Assembly (NCBI GenBank): GCA_963733035.1
Contig: CAVTBU010000005.1
Coordinates: 2,112,001 to 2,176,000 of the forward strand
DNA length: 64,000 nucleotides
From: Pirellulales bacterium
GTDB taxonomy: Bacteria > Planctomycetota > Planctomycetia > Pirellulales > PALSA-1355
Reading direction: 5' to 3'
A program made the translations under genes and the position numbers. The first letter of the stretch is position 1. Every line of letters begins with the position of its first letter. Under the pieces are notes generated by a model. That model saw nothing but the letters and a program-made list of their open reading frames with translations, was not told the DNA's origin and searched no databases. Below, one piece after another: positions 29,548 to 39,340 of the stretch.

Positions 29548-31691
29548 TCGCGCTGTCGTCAGCCCTGTTGCCGCTCGCCCTCACGATGGCCGAGTTGCCC
29601 GGCACGATCCTGATCATTCTCGAAGTCGCCTTTGCGCTGGGGGCCGTTATTTTCGTTCACGAGCTGGGGCATTTTGCCGTGGCCAAGTGGTGCGGCGTGA
29701 AGTGCGAGAAGTTTTATCTCGGCTTCGACATCTACGGCCTCAAGCTGTTCAAGTATCAATACGGCGAAACGGAATACGGCATTGGCATCCTGCCGCTCGG
29801 TGGCTACGTAAAGATGCTGGGGCAGGACGACAACCCGTCGCACGCGGCCCAACAACGCGAGCAATCCACCGTCAATCCGGAGTCATCTGACGCCGTGCAG
29901 AAGCGCACCGCCGAGGGAACAACCGTATCGCTCGATCCTCGCAGCTACATGGCCAAGAGCGTGCCGCAACGGATGGCCATCATCTCGGCCGGCGTGATCA
30001 TGAACGTGATCTTCGCGTTCATCTTTGCCGTCGTGGCCTACAGCATGGGGGTGCCCGAAATCGTCTGTGGCATTTCTGGAGTCGTGCCCGGCGAACCGGC
30101 CTGGCGAGCGTCGTTGCAGCCCGGCGATCGTATTCTGGCGATCGAGGGTTATCACGGACCCGTGCGGTTCCGAGATTTGCGTTCCGCCGTGGCGCTGACG
30201 GACGTCACCAAGGGGGTCGATTTCACGATCAAGCGCGAGGGCGTCGAAGAACCCTTCCGCGTGAACCTGAAGCCAGATACCGCCGAAGGACGTTTGGTAC
30301 CAACCGTGGGTGTGCTATCGCCCAGTACGACACAGCTTGAGCGCAACCCGATTGTCGGGGGCGGCACCCCGGCGGCCGAAACGGGCAAGTTCAAAGTCGG
30401 CGACAAGATCACCGCGGTCGATGGCACTCCGGTAAAGACCTATGCGGAACTGCTGGCGCAACTGACCACGCAGGCCGACAAGCCGTTGACATTCACCGTC
30501 GAACGCAAGAACACCGAGCAACCGGATGAATCGGACGCCGTGACGATGCTCAACATCACGGTGCCACCGCGACCCATGCAGACGTTGGGCCTGGCGATGA
30601 CGATCGGTGAAATCACGGCCATTCAAGACAAGTCGCCCGCCGCCGAAGCGGGGCTGCGTCCGGGCGATCTGATCGAAACCGTCGACGGTGAGGCTCCCGG
30701 CGATCCGCTGCAACTGCCGGAGCTGCTGGAAAAACGCGCGGGCGAGAAGGTAATTCTCGGCATTCGCCGCCAAATATCCGAGGGGAAGAAGACCGAGACG
30801 CTCGAAAAGGAACTGACGCTCCGCAAGCGGCCTTGGCCTGAGCGGTCGCTGTTTCCCGGCAGTCCGGCGAGCGTCCCGGCGTTGGGATTGACTTACAAAG
30901 TCTTGGCTCGAATTCAGAAGATCGGACCCGAAGGTCCGGCCGCCAAGGCCAAGGTGACCAAAGACGACGAGCCGGCCGGCGCGCTGGCGGCTGGCGACGA
31001 AATCGTCTCGGCAGACTTCGTGCTCCCCGAGCTGTCGGAAGAGCAAAAAAAAGCACACGAAGAAGATCCGTCCATCGCCTGGCCAAGCGTTGGAGAACCG
31101 ATCAAGTTTTCGGACAAGATGGCCAATTGGCCGATGTTCTTCACCACGTTGCAAATGCTGCCGCCGGACACCAAAGTGACCGTGACGCTGGCCGACGGCC
31201 GCACGGCAACACTTGCTCCGACCCCGGCCGCGGACTGGTACTACTACGACCGTGGCTTTCGTTTTGGAGCCGAGATGGCGGTCGTGAAGGCCGATTCGTT
31301 CCAGGACGCCGTTGTTCTCGGAGGGCGCGAAACGAAAGACGCCCTATTGATGGTCTATCAGTTCCTGCGCCGTATCGGCACGCAGGTTTCGCCGTTCGCG
31401 TTGGGCGGTCCCGTGACGATCGTCAAGGCGGCCGGCGGCGAAGCCAGCGAAGGCATTCCGCGGCTGCTGTTGTTCCTGACGATGCTCAGCGCCAACCTGG
31501 CGGTGATCAACTTCCTGCCGATCCCGCTTCTAGACGGCGGGCACATGGTGTTTCTCATTCTTGAGGGCATCATGCGCCGCCCGGTGAGCGAAAAAGTCGT
31601 GGTCGCATTTCATTACCTTGGCTTCATCTTCATCATCAGCCTGATGATGTTCGTGCTGGGCCTCGACGTGGGCCTGATTCCGCGGTTCTAG
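29532..31691 (+). CDS. rseP: RIP/site-2 metalloprotease with several PDZ domains
   Basis: HELGH, PLGGYVKM and NFLPIPLLDGGH; follows dxr. Confidence 0.9.
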   Translation: MGLSLIALSSALLPLALTMAELPGTILIILEVAFALGAVIFVHELGHFAVAKWCGVKCEKFYLGFDIYGLKLFKYQYGETEYGIGILPLGGYVKMLGQDDNPSHAAQQREQSTVNPESSDAVQKRTAEGTTVSLDPRSYMAKSVPQRMAIISAGVIMNVIFAFIFAVVAYSMGVPEIVCGISGVVPGEPAWRASLQPGDRILAIEGYHGPVRFRDLRSAVALTDVTKGVDFTIKREGVEEPFRVNLKPDTAEGRLVPTVGVLSPSTTQLERNPIVGGGTPAAETGKFKVGDKITAVDGTPVKTYAELLAQLTTQADKPLTFTVERKNTEQPDESDAVTMLNITVPPRPMQTLGLAMTIGEITAIQDKSPAAEAGLRPGDLIETVDGEAPGDPLQLPELLEKRAGEKVILGIRRQISEGKKTETLEKELTLRKRPWPERSLFPGSPASVPALGLTYKVLARIQKIGPEGPAAKAKVTKDDEPAGALAAGDEIVSADFVLPELSEEQKKAHEEDPSIAWPSVGEPIKFSDKMANWPMFFTTLQMLPPDTKVTVTLADGRTATLAPTPAADWYYYDRGFRFGAEMAVVKADSFQDAVVLGGRETKDALLMVYQFLRRIGTQVSPFALGGPVTIVKAAGGEASEGIPRLLLFLTMLSANLAVINFLPIPLLDGGHMVFLILEGIMRRPVSEKVVVAFHYLGFIFIISLMMFVLGLDVGLIPRF

Positions 31692-31894
31692 AACTACTCA
31701 CAGCGCATAATCGCCGTATAAAGCCCTGGCGATCGACCACCTCCAGGCTTTTGTTTTGCGCAAGGCCCCTCGTTTCTGCTGGCAAACGAGGTGGGTACCC
31801 GGGGCCGGTCAAACCGTTTCCCCTCACTTCCGCCCGTCTATAATGCTCGCGGCGGAAACGCTAAGGCGGGATCAGACCACGTGGAGTACCCAGA

Positions 31895-33190
31895 ATGGCA
31901 ATCGACAGCACAGGTCCGGCCGCCACGCTCGAGTGGCAGGATCGCCTCGACAACATCATGGATATGATGCGCGAAATGAGCCGGCACACAGACCCGCAGG
32001 AAATGGTGGCGGCCTACGGCCGGCACGTCGGGCGGATGCTCCCCCGCGATCGCTGGCTGTCGATCAGCCGCCGCGACATCGATGCCCCCCAGTTTCGCAT
32101 CACCCGCTACAGCGGCTGGACCGAGGCCATCAATCCCTGGAAGGAGCAAGACCGCCTGCCGGTGCTCGCCGGCGGAATTCTCGGCGAGCTGCTCTATTCG
32201 GGTGAGCCGCGGATCATCGACGACCTGCAGCTTGACGACGATGATCCGGCCGTCGAGTTTCTTGCCGGACAGCGTTCGCTAATGGCCATTCCCATGCTCG
32301 ACCAGGGCGAAGCGCTCAACATGGTTGTCAGCACGCTCGGCCGGCCTGCGGCGTTCGACAAGGAGCGGTTTCCGGAGATCGTGTGGACGGCGATTCTTTT
32401 CGGCCGCTCGACGCACAACCTCGTGTTGGCCGACCAGGTACGCACCGCCTACAACATCGTCGATCGCGAGCTGCAAGCGGTCGGCAACATTCAGCGTTCG
32501 CTACTGCCGTCGGTCGTGCCCGACATTCCGACCATGACACTGGCGGTTGACTATCACACCTCGCAGCGGGCCGGCGGTGACTACTACGATTTCTTTCCAC
32601 TGCCTGATGGCCGGTGGGGAATTCTAATTGCCGATGTCAGCGGCCACGGCACGCCGGCCGCCGTAATGATGGCCGTCACGCATAGTATCGCACACATGTA
32701 CCCAGGCACTTCGGCGCCGCCAAGCGACATGCTCAACTTCGTCAATTGCCATTTGAGCCGGCGGTATACCGACAACGTCGGCTCGTTCGTCACTGCGTTC
32801 TATGCGATCTACGATCCGCTGTCTCGCCAGCTGACCTACTCGTCGGCGGGCCACAATCCACCCCGTGTGCGGCGCTGCGCCACGGGCGAGATCCTCGCGC
32901 TCGACGGTGCTCGCTCGTTTCCGCTCGGCATCACGCCCGAAGTTCACAACGAAGATGCAATCATCCAGCTTCTGCCGGGCGATCAATTGCTCTTCTACAC
33001 CGACGGCATTACCGAGGCGACCGGTCCCGACGGCGCCATGTTCGGGGTAGCGCGTCTCGACGGAATACTGGCCCGCTGCCGTCACGACGCCGACGAAATC
33101 AAAACGGCCATCGTCGCGGCAGTCGAAGATTTCACGGCCGGTGCCCCCGCCACCGACGACCGCACCATCGTCGCGGCAAAGATTCTATAG
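31895..33190 (+). CDS. GAF plus PP2C (SpoIIE/RsbU-like) Ser/Thr phosphatase
   Basis: GGDYYD, ADVSGHG, SAGH, YTDG and DDRT. Confidence 0.9.
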   Translation: MAIDSTGPAATLEWQDRLDNIMDMMREMSRHTDPQEMVAAYGRHVGRMLPRDRWLSISRRDIDAPQFRITRYSGWTEAINPWKEQDRLPVLAGGILGELLYSGEPRIIDDLQLDDDDPAVEFLAGQRSLMAIPMLDQGEALNMVVSTLGRPAAFDKERFPEIVWTAILFGRSTHNLVLADQVRTAYNIVDRELQAVGNIQRSLLPSVVPDIPTMTLAVDYHTSQRAGGDYYDFFPLPDGRWGILIADVSGHGTPAAVMMAVTHSIAHMYPGTSAPPSDMLNFVNCHLSRRYTDNVGSFVTAFYAIYDPLSRQLTYSSAGHNPPRVRRCATGEILALDGARSFPLGITPEVHNEDAIIQLLPGDQLLFYTDGITEATGPDGAMFGVARLDGILARCRHDADEIKTAIVAAVEDFTAGAPATDDRTIVAAKIL

Positions 33191-33307
33191 GTCTGCCGCT
33201 CGGTATTCGTTTTCGGCAATCACTGGTCGGGGATCGCGCATTTCGACCCCGCGGCCGCTACAATGCCGGCGTGTCATTGTTAAGATTTCGCCAGGGGGAC
33301 CATCACG

Positions 33308-33796
33308 ATGCTCGATCAACTACCTGCGCTGCACGAGTTTCAGCTTCGCTATATTCAAATGCTCGCCGCCGATCTCGACGATGATGATTTGGGCGTGGCG
33401 CCGTTTTCGGGGGCGAATCCCGCCGTCTGGATCCTGGGACATCTGGCCGTGGCCACCGACTATGCAGCCCGCATGCTCGGCCAAAAGCCCGAGTGCCCGC
33501 GCGAGTGGCACAAGTATTTCGCGCCCGGCAGCAATCCTGCGGAGGTGCCGCTGCCGTATCCCACCAAGGCCGAGTTACTGGCAGCCATTGAGAACGGCCA
33601 CCGCCGCTGTGCCGCCGCCCTGGCCGCGGTCGACAAGGAAATGCTCAACCAGCCCCACAGCGTCGAGTTGCTAAAGCCTACCGCGCTGAAAACCAACGCC
33701 GATGTCCTCTGCCACCTGATGGCGACCCACCCAGCGTTCCACGTATCGCAGCTCTCTGCGTGCCGACGGAAGAAAGGGAAGGGGCCGGTGGTGTGA
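33308..33796 (+). CDS. DinB family protein
   Basis: NPAVWILGHL and HPAFHVSQL histidine motifs. Confidence 0.8.
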   Translation: MLDQLPALHEFQLRYIQMLAADLDDDDLGVAPFSGANPAVWILGHLAVATDYAARMLGQKPECPREWHKYFAPGSNPAEVPLPYPTKAELLAAIENGHRRCAAALAAVDKEMLNQPHSVELLKPTALKTNADVLCHLMATHPAFHVSQLSACRRKKGKGPVV

Positions 33797-34017
33797 CAGA
33801 GTCGAGCGAGGTGATCGTGCGGTGCGGCTCATCGCGCTCGCGTTAGCTTGCTAGCGTGACAGCCTCGCCAGGGATTTCCCTGCGCCGAAGGGCTTTCGAC
33901 TCGTTCGCCTTCAACCGGTCTTGTTCCTTTTCCCCGTCTCGCGTTACACTGCCGGCCCTTCACTGAAATAGGCTCATTGCCGGCAGCTTCTTCTTGCGAC
34001 GGAAAGGATTCCGGGCC

Positions 34018-35097
34018 ATGCCGACGACTCTTGCGGCACTTGCGCAGCTGGTGGGTGGCGATCTGGTGGGCGACGGTTCGGTCGAGATCGCCGGCGCGGC
34101 CACTTTGTTGGATGCCGGTCGCGAAGACATCACGCTCGTCGATAAGTGCGAAAAAGCGGGCTCGCTGGCGTCAAACTGCGCTCGGGCGGCCGTCGTGCCG
34201 GTTGGTTTTCCGCTGGAAGGCCTCTTGATGCCGGTCATCGTCGCCGACGACGTTCACAAGGCATTCACCACGTTGGTCACGCATTTTCGGCCACCGCGAC
34301 CCGAGCTGCGGACTGGCATCGCCCCCGGGGCAAACGTGCATCCCACGGCCAAGCTGGGGCAGGACGTCGACGTGCACGCCGGCGCCACGATCGGTGCCGA
34401 CGTCGTCGTTGGCAGCGGCTCGACGATTCATGCCGGGGCCCGTGTCATGGCCGGTTGCCAGTTGGGCCAGCGAGTAACGATTCATCCCAATGCGGTACTA
34501 TACCAACGGACCCAAGTTGGCGACCGAAGCACAATTCACGCCAACGTGGTGCTCGGCTGCCACGGCTTCGGCTACCGCGTGTTCGAGGGAAGCAACCTGC
34601 CCAGTGCCCAATTGGGTTGGGTCGAGGTAGGCTGCGATTGCGAAATTGGCTCCTGCAGCACCGTCGACCGCGGCACTTATGGCCCCACGATCATCGGCGA
34701 TGGCACCAAGCTCGATAACCTGGTAATGATCGCCCACAATTGCCGCATCGGCCGCCACAACATGATCTGCTCGCAAGTCGGCGTGGCCGGCAGCACAACC
34801 ACGGGCGACTACGTGGTGATGGCCGGCCAGGTTGGCGTGCGCGATCACGTGCACATCGGCGAGCAAGCGATTCTGGCCGCCAAGGCCGGCGTCAGTTCCG
34901 ATGTGCCGGCCGGCGCCCATATGCTTGGCATCCCCGCCATTCGCGAACGGGAACAAAAAATTCAGTTTGCCGCCATGAGCAAGCTACCTGAAATGCGCCG
35001 GCAACTCCGACGTCTGCAGCGGATGGTTGAGGAGCTCGTCGAACAGCAACAACCAGCGGCGCAGAATCACATCAAGCCAACCAACCATGCCGCCTAG
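34018..35097 (+). CDS. lpxD: UDP-3-O-(3-hydroxymyristoyl)glucosamine N-acyltransferase
   Basis: Hexapeptide repeats; GFGY, TVDRG and KLDNLVMIAHN. Confidence 0.95.
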   Translation: MPTTLAALAQLVGGDLVGDGSVEIAGAATLLDAGREDITLVDKCEKAGSLASNCARAAVVPVGFPLEGLLMPVIVADDVHKAFTTLVTHFRPPRPELRTGIAPGANVHPTAKLGQDVDVHAGATIGADVVVGSGSTIHAGARVMAGCQLGQRVTIHPNAVLYQRTQVGDRSTIHANVVLGCHGFGYRVFEGSNLPSAQLGWVEVGCDCEIGSCSTVDRGTYGPTIIGDGTKLDNLVMIAHNCRIGRHNMICSQVGVAGSTTTGDYVVMAGQVGVRDHVHIGEQAILAAKAGVSSDVPAGAHMLGIPAIREREQKIQFAAMSKLPEMRRQLRRLQRMVEELVEQQQPAAQNHIKPTNHAA

Positions 35098-35148
35098 ACC
35101 GTTCACGGTGGGGCGTCACTCGCTACTTGTCGCCAGCCGTATGCATCC

Positions 35149-36087
35149 ATGCCTTCCGACCAAGAGATGCCAAGTTCCCAGGACCAAGCCGTGCCACGCG
35201 CAGTTTTGCCCGCCAAGGTAGGTCTGATCGCCGGCTGGGGACGCTACCCGCTTGTCGTGGCCGAGGCGCTCAACCGGCAAGGCGCTGAAGTCTATGGGCT
35301 GGGCATTCGCGATCACGCCGATCCGGTGTTGGCCAATTACTGTCAGGCGTTCGACTGGATTGGCCTCGGGCAGATCGGCAAAGTCATGCGATTCTTTCGT
35401 CGCCACGGCGTGTCCGAAGTGACCATGGCCGGCAAAGTGCACAAAGTGCGGCTGTTCGAGCGCTGGGCCTGGCTGCACCATCTGCCGGATTTGCGCGGCG
35501 TGCTGACGTATTATCCCCACTTCGTCAGCCGCAAAAAGACCACGCAGGACGACAGCCTGCTGGGCACGATCGTCGAGAGTTTCGGCCGCCGCGGCATCAC
35601 AATGCGGCCGGCCACGGATTTCGTCCCGGAGTTGCTCGTGAAACTCGCCTGTCTGACGGCGCCGCGGCCAACTGCCGCCCAACAACAAGACATCGAATTC
35701 GGCTGGAAGCTGGCCCGCGAGATGGGTCGGCTCGACGTCGGTCAAAGCGTGGCCGTCAAAAATCGCTCGCCGCTGGCCATTGAAGCCATCGAAGGCACCG
35801 ACGAGTGCATTCGTCGCGCTGGTGCGTTGTGCGGGGCAGGAGGGTTTACCGTGGTCAAGGTGGCCAAACCGCAACAGGACATGCGATTCGACGTTCCGAC
35901 GATCGGGATGGGTACGCTGGAAACACTGGCCCGATCCGGCGGCCAGGTGCTGGCCATCGAAGCCGGCCGGACGATCATCATCGACGAAGCCGAAGTGGTC
36001 GAGTTCGCTAACCGCCAAAAACTAATCGTGGTTGCGCTCGACGAGGCGGGGCAGGGGATCGACGTTCGCGGCAGGTTAGCCGGCTAG
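35149..36087 (+). CDS. lpxI: UDP-2,3-diacylglucosamine diphosphatase
   Basis: GLIAGWG, DVGQSV, EAIEGTD and QDMRFDVPTIG. Confidence 0.93.
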   Translation: MPSDQEMPSSQDQAVPRAVLPAKVGLIAGWGRYPLVVAEALNRQGAEVYGLGIRDHADPVLANYCQAFDWIGLGQIGKVMRFFRRHGVSEVTMAGKVHKVRLFERWAWLHHLPDLRGVLTYYPHFVSRKKTTQDDSLLGTIVESFGRRGITMRPATDFVPELLVKLACLTAPRPTAAQQQDIEFGWKLAREMGRLDVGQSVAVKNRSPLAIEAIEGTDECIRRAGALCGAGGFTVVKVAKPQQDMRFDVPTIGMGTLETLARSGGQVLAIEAGRTIIIDEAEVVEFANRQKLIVVALDEAGQGIDVRGRLAG

Positions 36088-36198
36088 TGGAAGCAGTCGC
36101 CAAAAAAGGTTCAGATCCACGAACAACATCGCGACGTGCGACGTCAGCGTCGTTCACGCCGGACTGATGCTGAACAGAAACAAGCAGGAGGTCACCGA

Positions 36199-36783
36199 AT
36201 GCGTCCGGTCACCACAGTCATCACAAGACCAGCCAGTTGGTTGATTGTGGGGTTCTTCTTCGCACAGTCTACGCTAGCGACGGCCGCGCCGCCCAAGGAA
36301 CCAATTTCTGGCAGTCGCCCGGCTGCTCGCCCAGGGAGCCTATCGCGAGAAAACATTGCCAGCTCAAGCGACGACTTTCGCCGCTGTCTGGAGGCGGCCC
36401 GCGAGGTGGAGGCCGCCCGACGGGGCTATGCCGAAGGGACCGTTACGCTTGCTGCTCTGCTCAAGTCGCAACAAGCGCTAACCGCGGCACAAATCAAGTA
36501 CTCGACGACGGCGACCAACGTTCGCGGCAATCCGGCCCTGCGCGATTATCTCGCCCGGCGCGGCGAAGTCGCGGCCTTGACGCGTGGCCTGTCGGAGGCC
36601 CGGCATCTGCTAGGCGAAGTTCCCTCGAACGAGCAGGAGCAAGTGCGCCAGGAAGTAACGCGCTACATCGAGGCCCTGAAGCTGGCTCAACAGGAGCTGG
36701 CTCAAGCGGAAAAAGCCTGGAAGACCGCCGATCGTGCCAAGCAGTTTCGCTACTTGAACCGCCGGGCGTTGAGTCCGCGGTGA
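36199..36783 (+). CDS. Hypothetical secreted helical protein
   Basis: SD GGAGGT, signal-like N-terminus, coiled-coil-like content. Confidence 0.55.
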   Translation: MRPVTTVITRPASWLIVGFFFAQSTLATAAPPKEPISGSRPAARPGSLSRENIASSSDDFRRCLEAAREVEAARRGYAEGTVTLAALLKSQQALTAAQIKYSTTATNVRGNPALRDYLARRGEVAALTRGLSEARHLLGEVPSNEQEQVRQEVTRYIEALKLAQQELAQAEKAWKTADRAKQFRYLNRRALSPR

Positions 36784-36936
36784 GCGTCGGCGGCTGCCCG
36801 GCCGCTCCGGCAGCACCCCTCGTCTTACGACCGACGTTTGCTAGGATTACCGTAGTTGCCGGTCTCTTCTTCCGGCCGACGGCCACCGTGCGGGTGGCCC
36901 CGGTTCTGTCAGGAAGTTCTCGTTGGTGGTGCCGCC

Positions 36937-37596
36937 TTGAAGATTGTCCAGTATCCACATCCCACGCTTCGCCACGTCTCCAAGCCTCTCAAGCGAGTGG
37001 ATCAGGAGTTGCACGGCATGGTACGCGAGATGTTCGACCTGATGTATGAGGCCAACGGCATCGGGCTGGCGGCCAACCAGGTGGATCTGCCCTACAGGCT
37101 GTTTGTGCTCAATCTGAAGAGCGACCCGGACGCCAGGGAGGAAGAGCGCGTTTTCCTCAATCCGGTGTTGACCAGCCGCAAGGGGACGGCCGAAGGAGAA
37201 GAAGGCTGCCTGAGTATTCCCGGGTTGTATGCCGACGTCAAACGGCCCGAGCGAGTCGTGCTCAATGCCTACAACCTCGCGGGCGAAGAAGTAAACCTGG
37301 AGCTCGACGGACTGTTTGCCCGCGCGGTGCAACACGAGATCGACCATTTGGACGGCGTGCTGTTCATCGATCGGCTCAGTCCTACCGGCGCGATCGAACT
37401 GCGCGAGGCGCTGGCTGATTTCGAGGCCGAGTTCGCCGGCCAGCGCGAGCGCGGCGAGGTTCCCGGCGACGAAGCGATCGCCCAACGGCTGGCCGAACTC
37501 GAGCAGTTGCGCACTCAGCGCTCAAAAGTCCAGGAACGGAGCCGGCACCAAAAAGGCGTGCTGCTCGTACAGGCTAAAGTGGCCGTACCACGATAG
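36937..37596 (+). CDS. def: Peptide deformylase
   Basis: GIGLAANQ, EGCLS and QHEIDHLDG. The real 3' end may lie near 37520. Confidence 0.93.
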   Translation: MKIVQYPHPTLRHVSKPLKRVDQELHGMVREMFDLMYEANGIGLAANQVDLPYRLFVLNLKSDPDAREEERVFLNPVLTSRKGTAEGEEGCLSIPGLYADVKRPERVVLNAYNLAGEEVNLELDGLFARAVQHEIDHLDGVLFIDRLSPTGAIELREALADFEAEFAGQRERGEVPGDEAIAQRLAELEQLRTQRSKVQERSRHQKGVLLVQAKVAVPR

Positions 37597-38696
37597 GTAC
37601 TGCGTGAAATAGACAACGATCACGTAGATGGCCACCAACGGAATCATCGCCAGCCGACTGGCCCAGCGGAAGAACCAATGCCGCGGTTGCATGCGAAGAT
37701 ATGAGCGGCCCATGGCCCACCCGGCCAGCAGTCGTGCTGGAAAAATCGACACCACGAACAACAGGCTCGGCAGCCAGGCCGCTTCGCGCGGCACAATCTC
37801 AATCTTGAGCAAATAAAGAGGCAGTGCGAGCGCCAGCGTAAAGACCAGCGCAATCCACCAGGCGACCGGAGCGCGAGCAAACGCACGGCGAACCTCGCGC
37901 ACCTCAAATAGGGCTCGAAAGCGGTTCTCGACCGCAAACCACGCTTGAAGAAACGGAAGATGCGCGAGCACGATGGCCAGCAGCAGTCCGCCGAGCAAAC
38001 CAACGACCGTTCCCAACGCAGGTTTCAGGAGCGACGCGGTCGCCAACATCGTCACAGGCACAACGAGCCAGCAGAGAGCGCCGGTGAAGCCCCGCGCACG
38101 AGCCAGGCGTAGTACGGGAGCCGAAGACCGACCACAAACTCCCACACCGCATCGCGCGACTCGGAGTATGCACCGGTTCGCATTGCTAACCGAAGCGAGT
38201 GCCAGGGACGAGGCAATAGAAAGTGCTGCAGCTTGGCACCACGCAAACAACCGGTGACGATTTGAAATAGCACGCCGGCAGCGATCATGGCCACGGCCAC
38301 GTTCCAACCGATGGTAGCCCGGCTGTGCGGATCGATTAGTTGCGAGGAGAATCGTAGCGACGAAGCGATCCACAGCGGTGTCATCAACAGGGCGATGCCC
38401 AGCGCGATTTGTCCCAGCCGGGCCGCCTTTCGAATGCCGACAAAACCGTCGCGCAATCGTCCCGTGCGTCCGACGCGGCCGCTCACTTCGAGCAGGTAGC
38501 CAAGGCTCAGCAATTGTGCTAGCGGAATCGTGGCCAGCACGGCCAGCCCTACCATAAGCGTCAGCGCACCGAACCACCAATCGAGGACCCGCCCGACCAG
38601 TCGTAGCGGCGAGACGATCAGACCCCGCCATGCGAAGGACGCATCGACCGGCCGCGAGTCGCGCGATTCATCAAGGGTTAAGCCATCGACGCCCAT
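37522..38696 (-). CDS. Multi-pass membrane protein (DUF4013-like), frameshifted near 38095
   Basis: Two overlapping hydrophobic ORFs join (LGYLLEVSGRV... / ...LYEQHAFLVP). Confidence 0.6.
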
Positions 38697-38807
38697 GGTC
38701 GATTCCTCGAATTCGTCCGGCTGGGGGCAGCACTCGCAATTCATTATAGTGGCTGGCCGGAGCCATGGACCCCGGTTAGAACCACTAGCCCCAGCGTGTA
38801 TTCGACC

Positions 38808-39137
38808 ATGCAATATGCATATTTGCTGCTCGCCGTCGCCGCGGAAGTTGTCGCCACCAGCGCCCTGAAGGCGGCGAACGGATTCACTCGCCCGCTACCA
38901 TCGCTGATTGTGGTGTTGGGGTATGGCGCCGCGTTTTATCTGCTGAGCCTGATCGTGCAAAGCATGCCCCTGGGAATCGTGTACGCGATCTGGTCCGGCA
39001 CCGGCATCGTGCTGGTGGCGGTCGTCGGCGCGGTATGGCTGAAGCAGATTCCCGACTGGCCGGCCGTCGTAGGCATGACCCTCATTTTGGCAGGCGTGAT
39101 CATCGTCAACTTGTTTTCCAAGACAGTCGCACACTAA
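38808..39137 (+). CDS. SMR family multidrug efflux transporter (EmrE/QacE type)
   Basis: AEVVATSALK, GFT and YAIWSG; four TM segments. Confidence 0.92.
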   Translation: MQYAYLLLAVAAEVVATSALKAANGFTRPLPSLIVVLGYGAAFYLLSLIVQSMPLGIVYAIWSGTGIVLVAVVGAVWLKQIPDWPAVVGMTLILAGVIIVNLFSKTVAH

Positions 39138-39340
39138 CGTTGCGTTAGTGCGCACGTCCGGCCACCCGCTTGCATGAACGAAACAGGGTCATGGCATCAG
39201 CGGGAATGATTCGTCTACCCAGACTGTAGAAATATTGCGCGTGCTCGCACGCGCAATCGGTGCTAGTCCGCGCATTCCGTTGGTCCGCCTGCACCCGCGA
39301 GGATAGTATTCAGCCTCGCGGAGAGAGTTGCAGGCATCTA

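Noticed and set aside
37522..37596. 75-nt convergent overlap of def with the opposite gene
   Set aside because: More likely a lost stop or indel near 37516 than a functional overlap.
38700..38808. Guanidine riboswitch upstream of the SMR gene
   Set aside because: No recognisable motif, and the protein is EmrE/Qac-like rather than Gdx-like.
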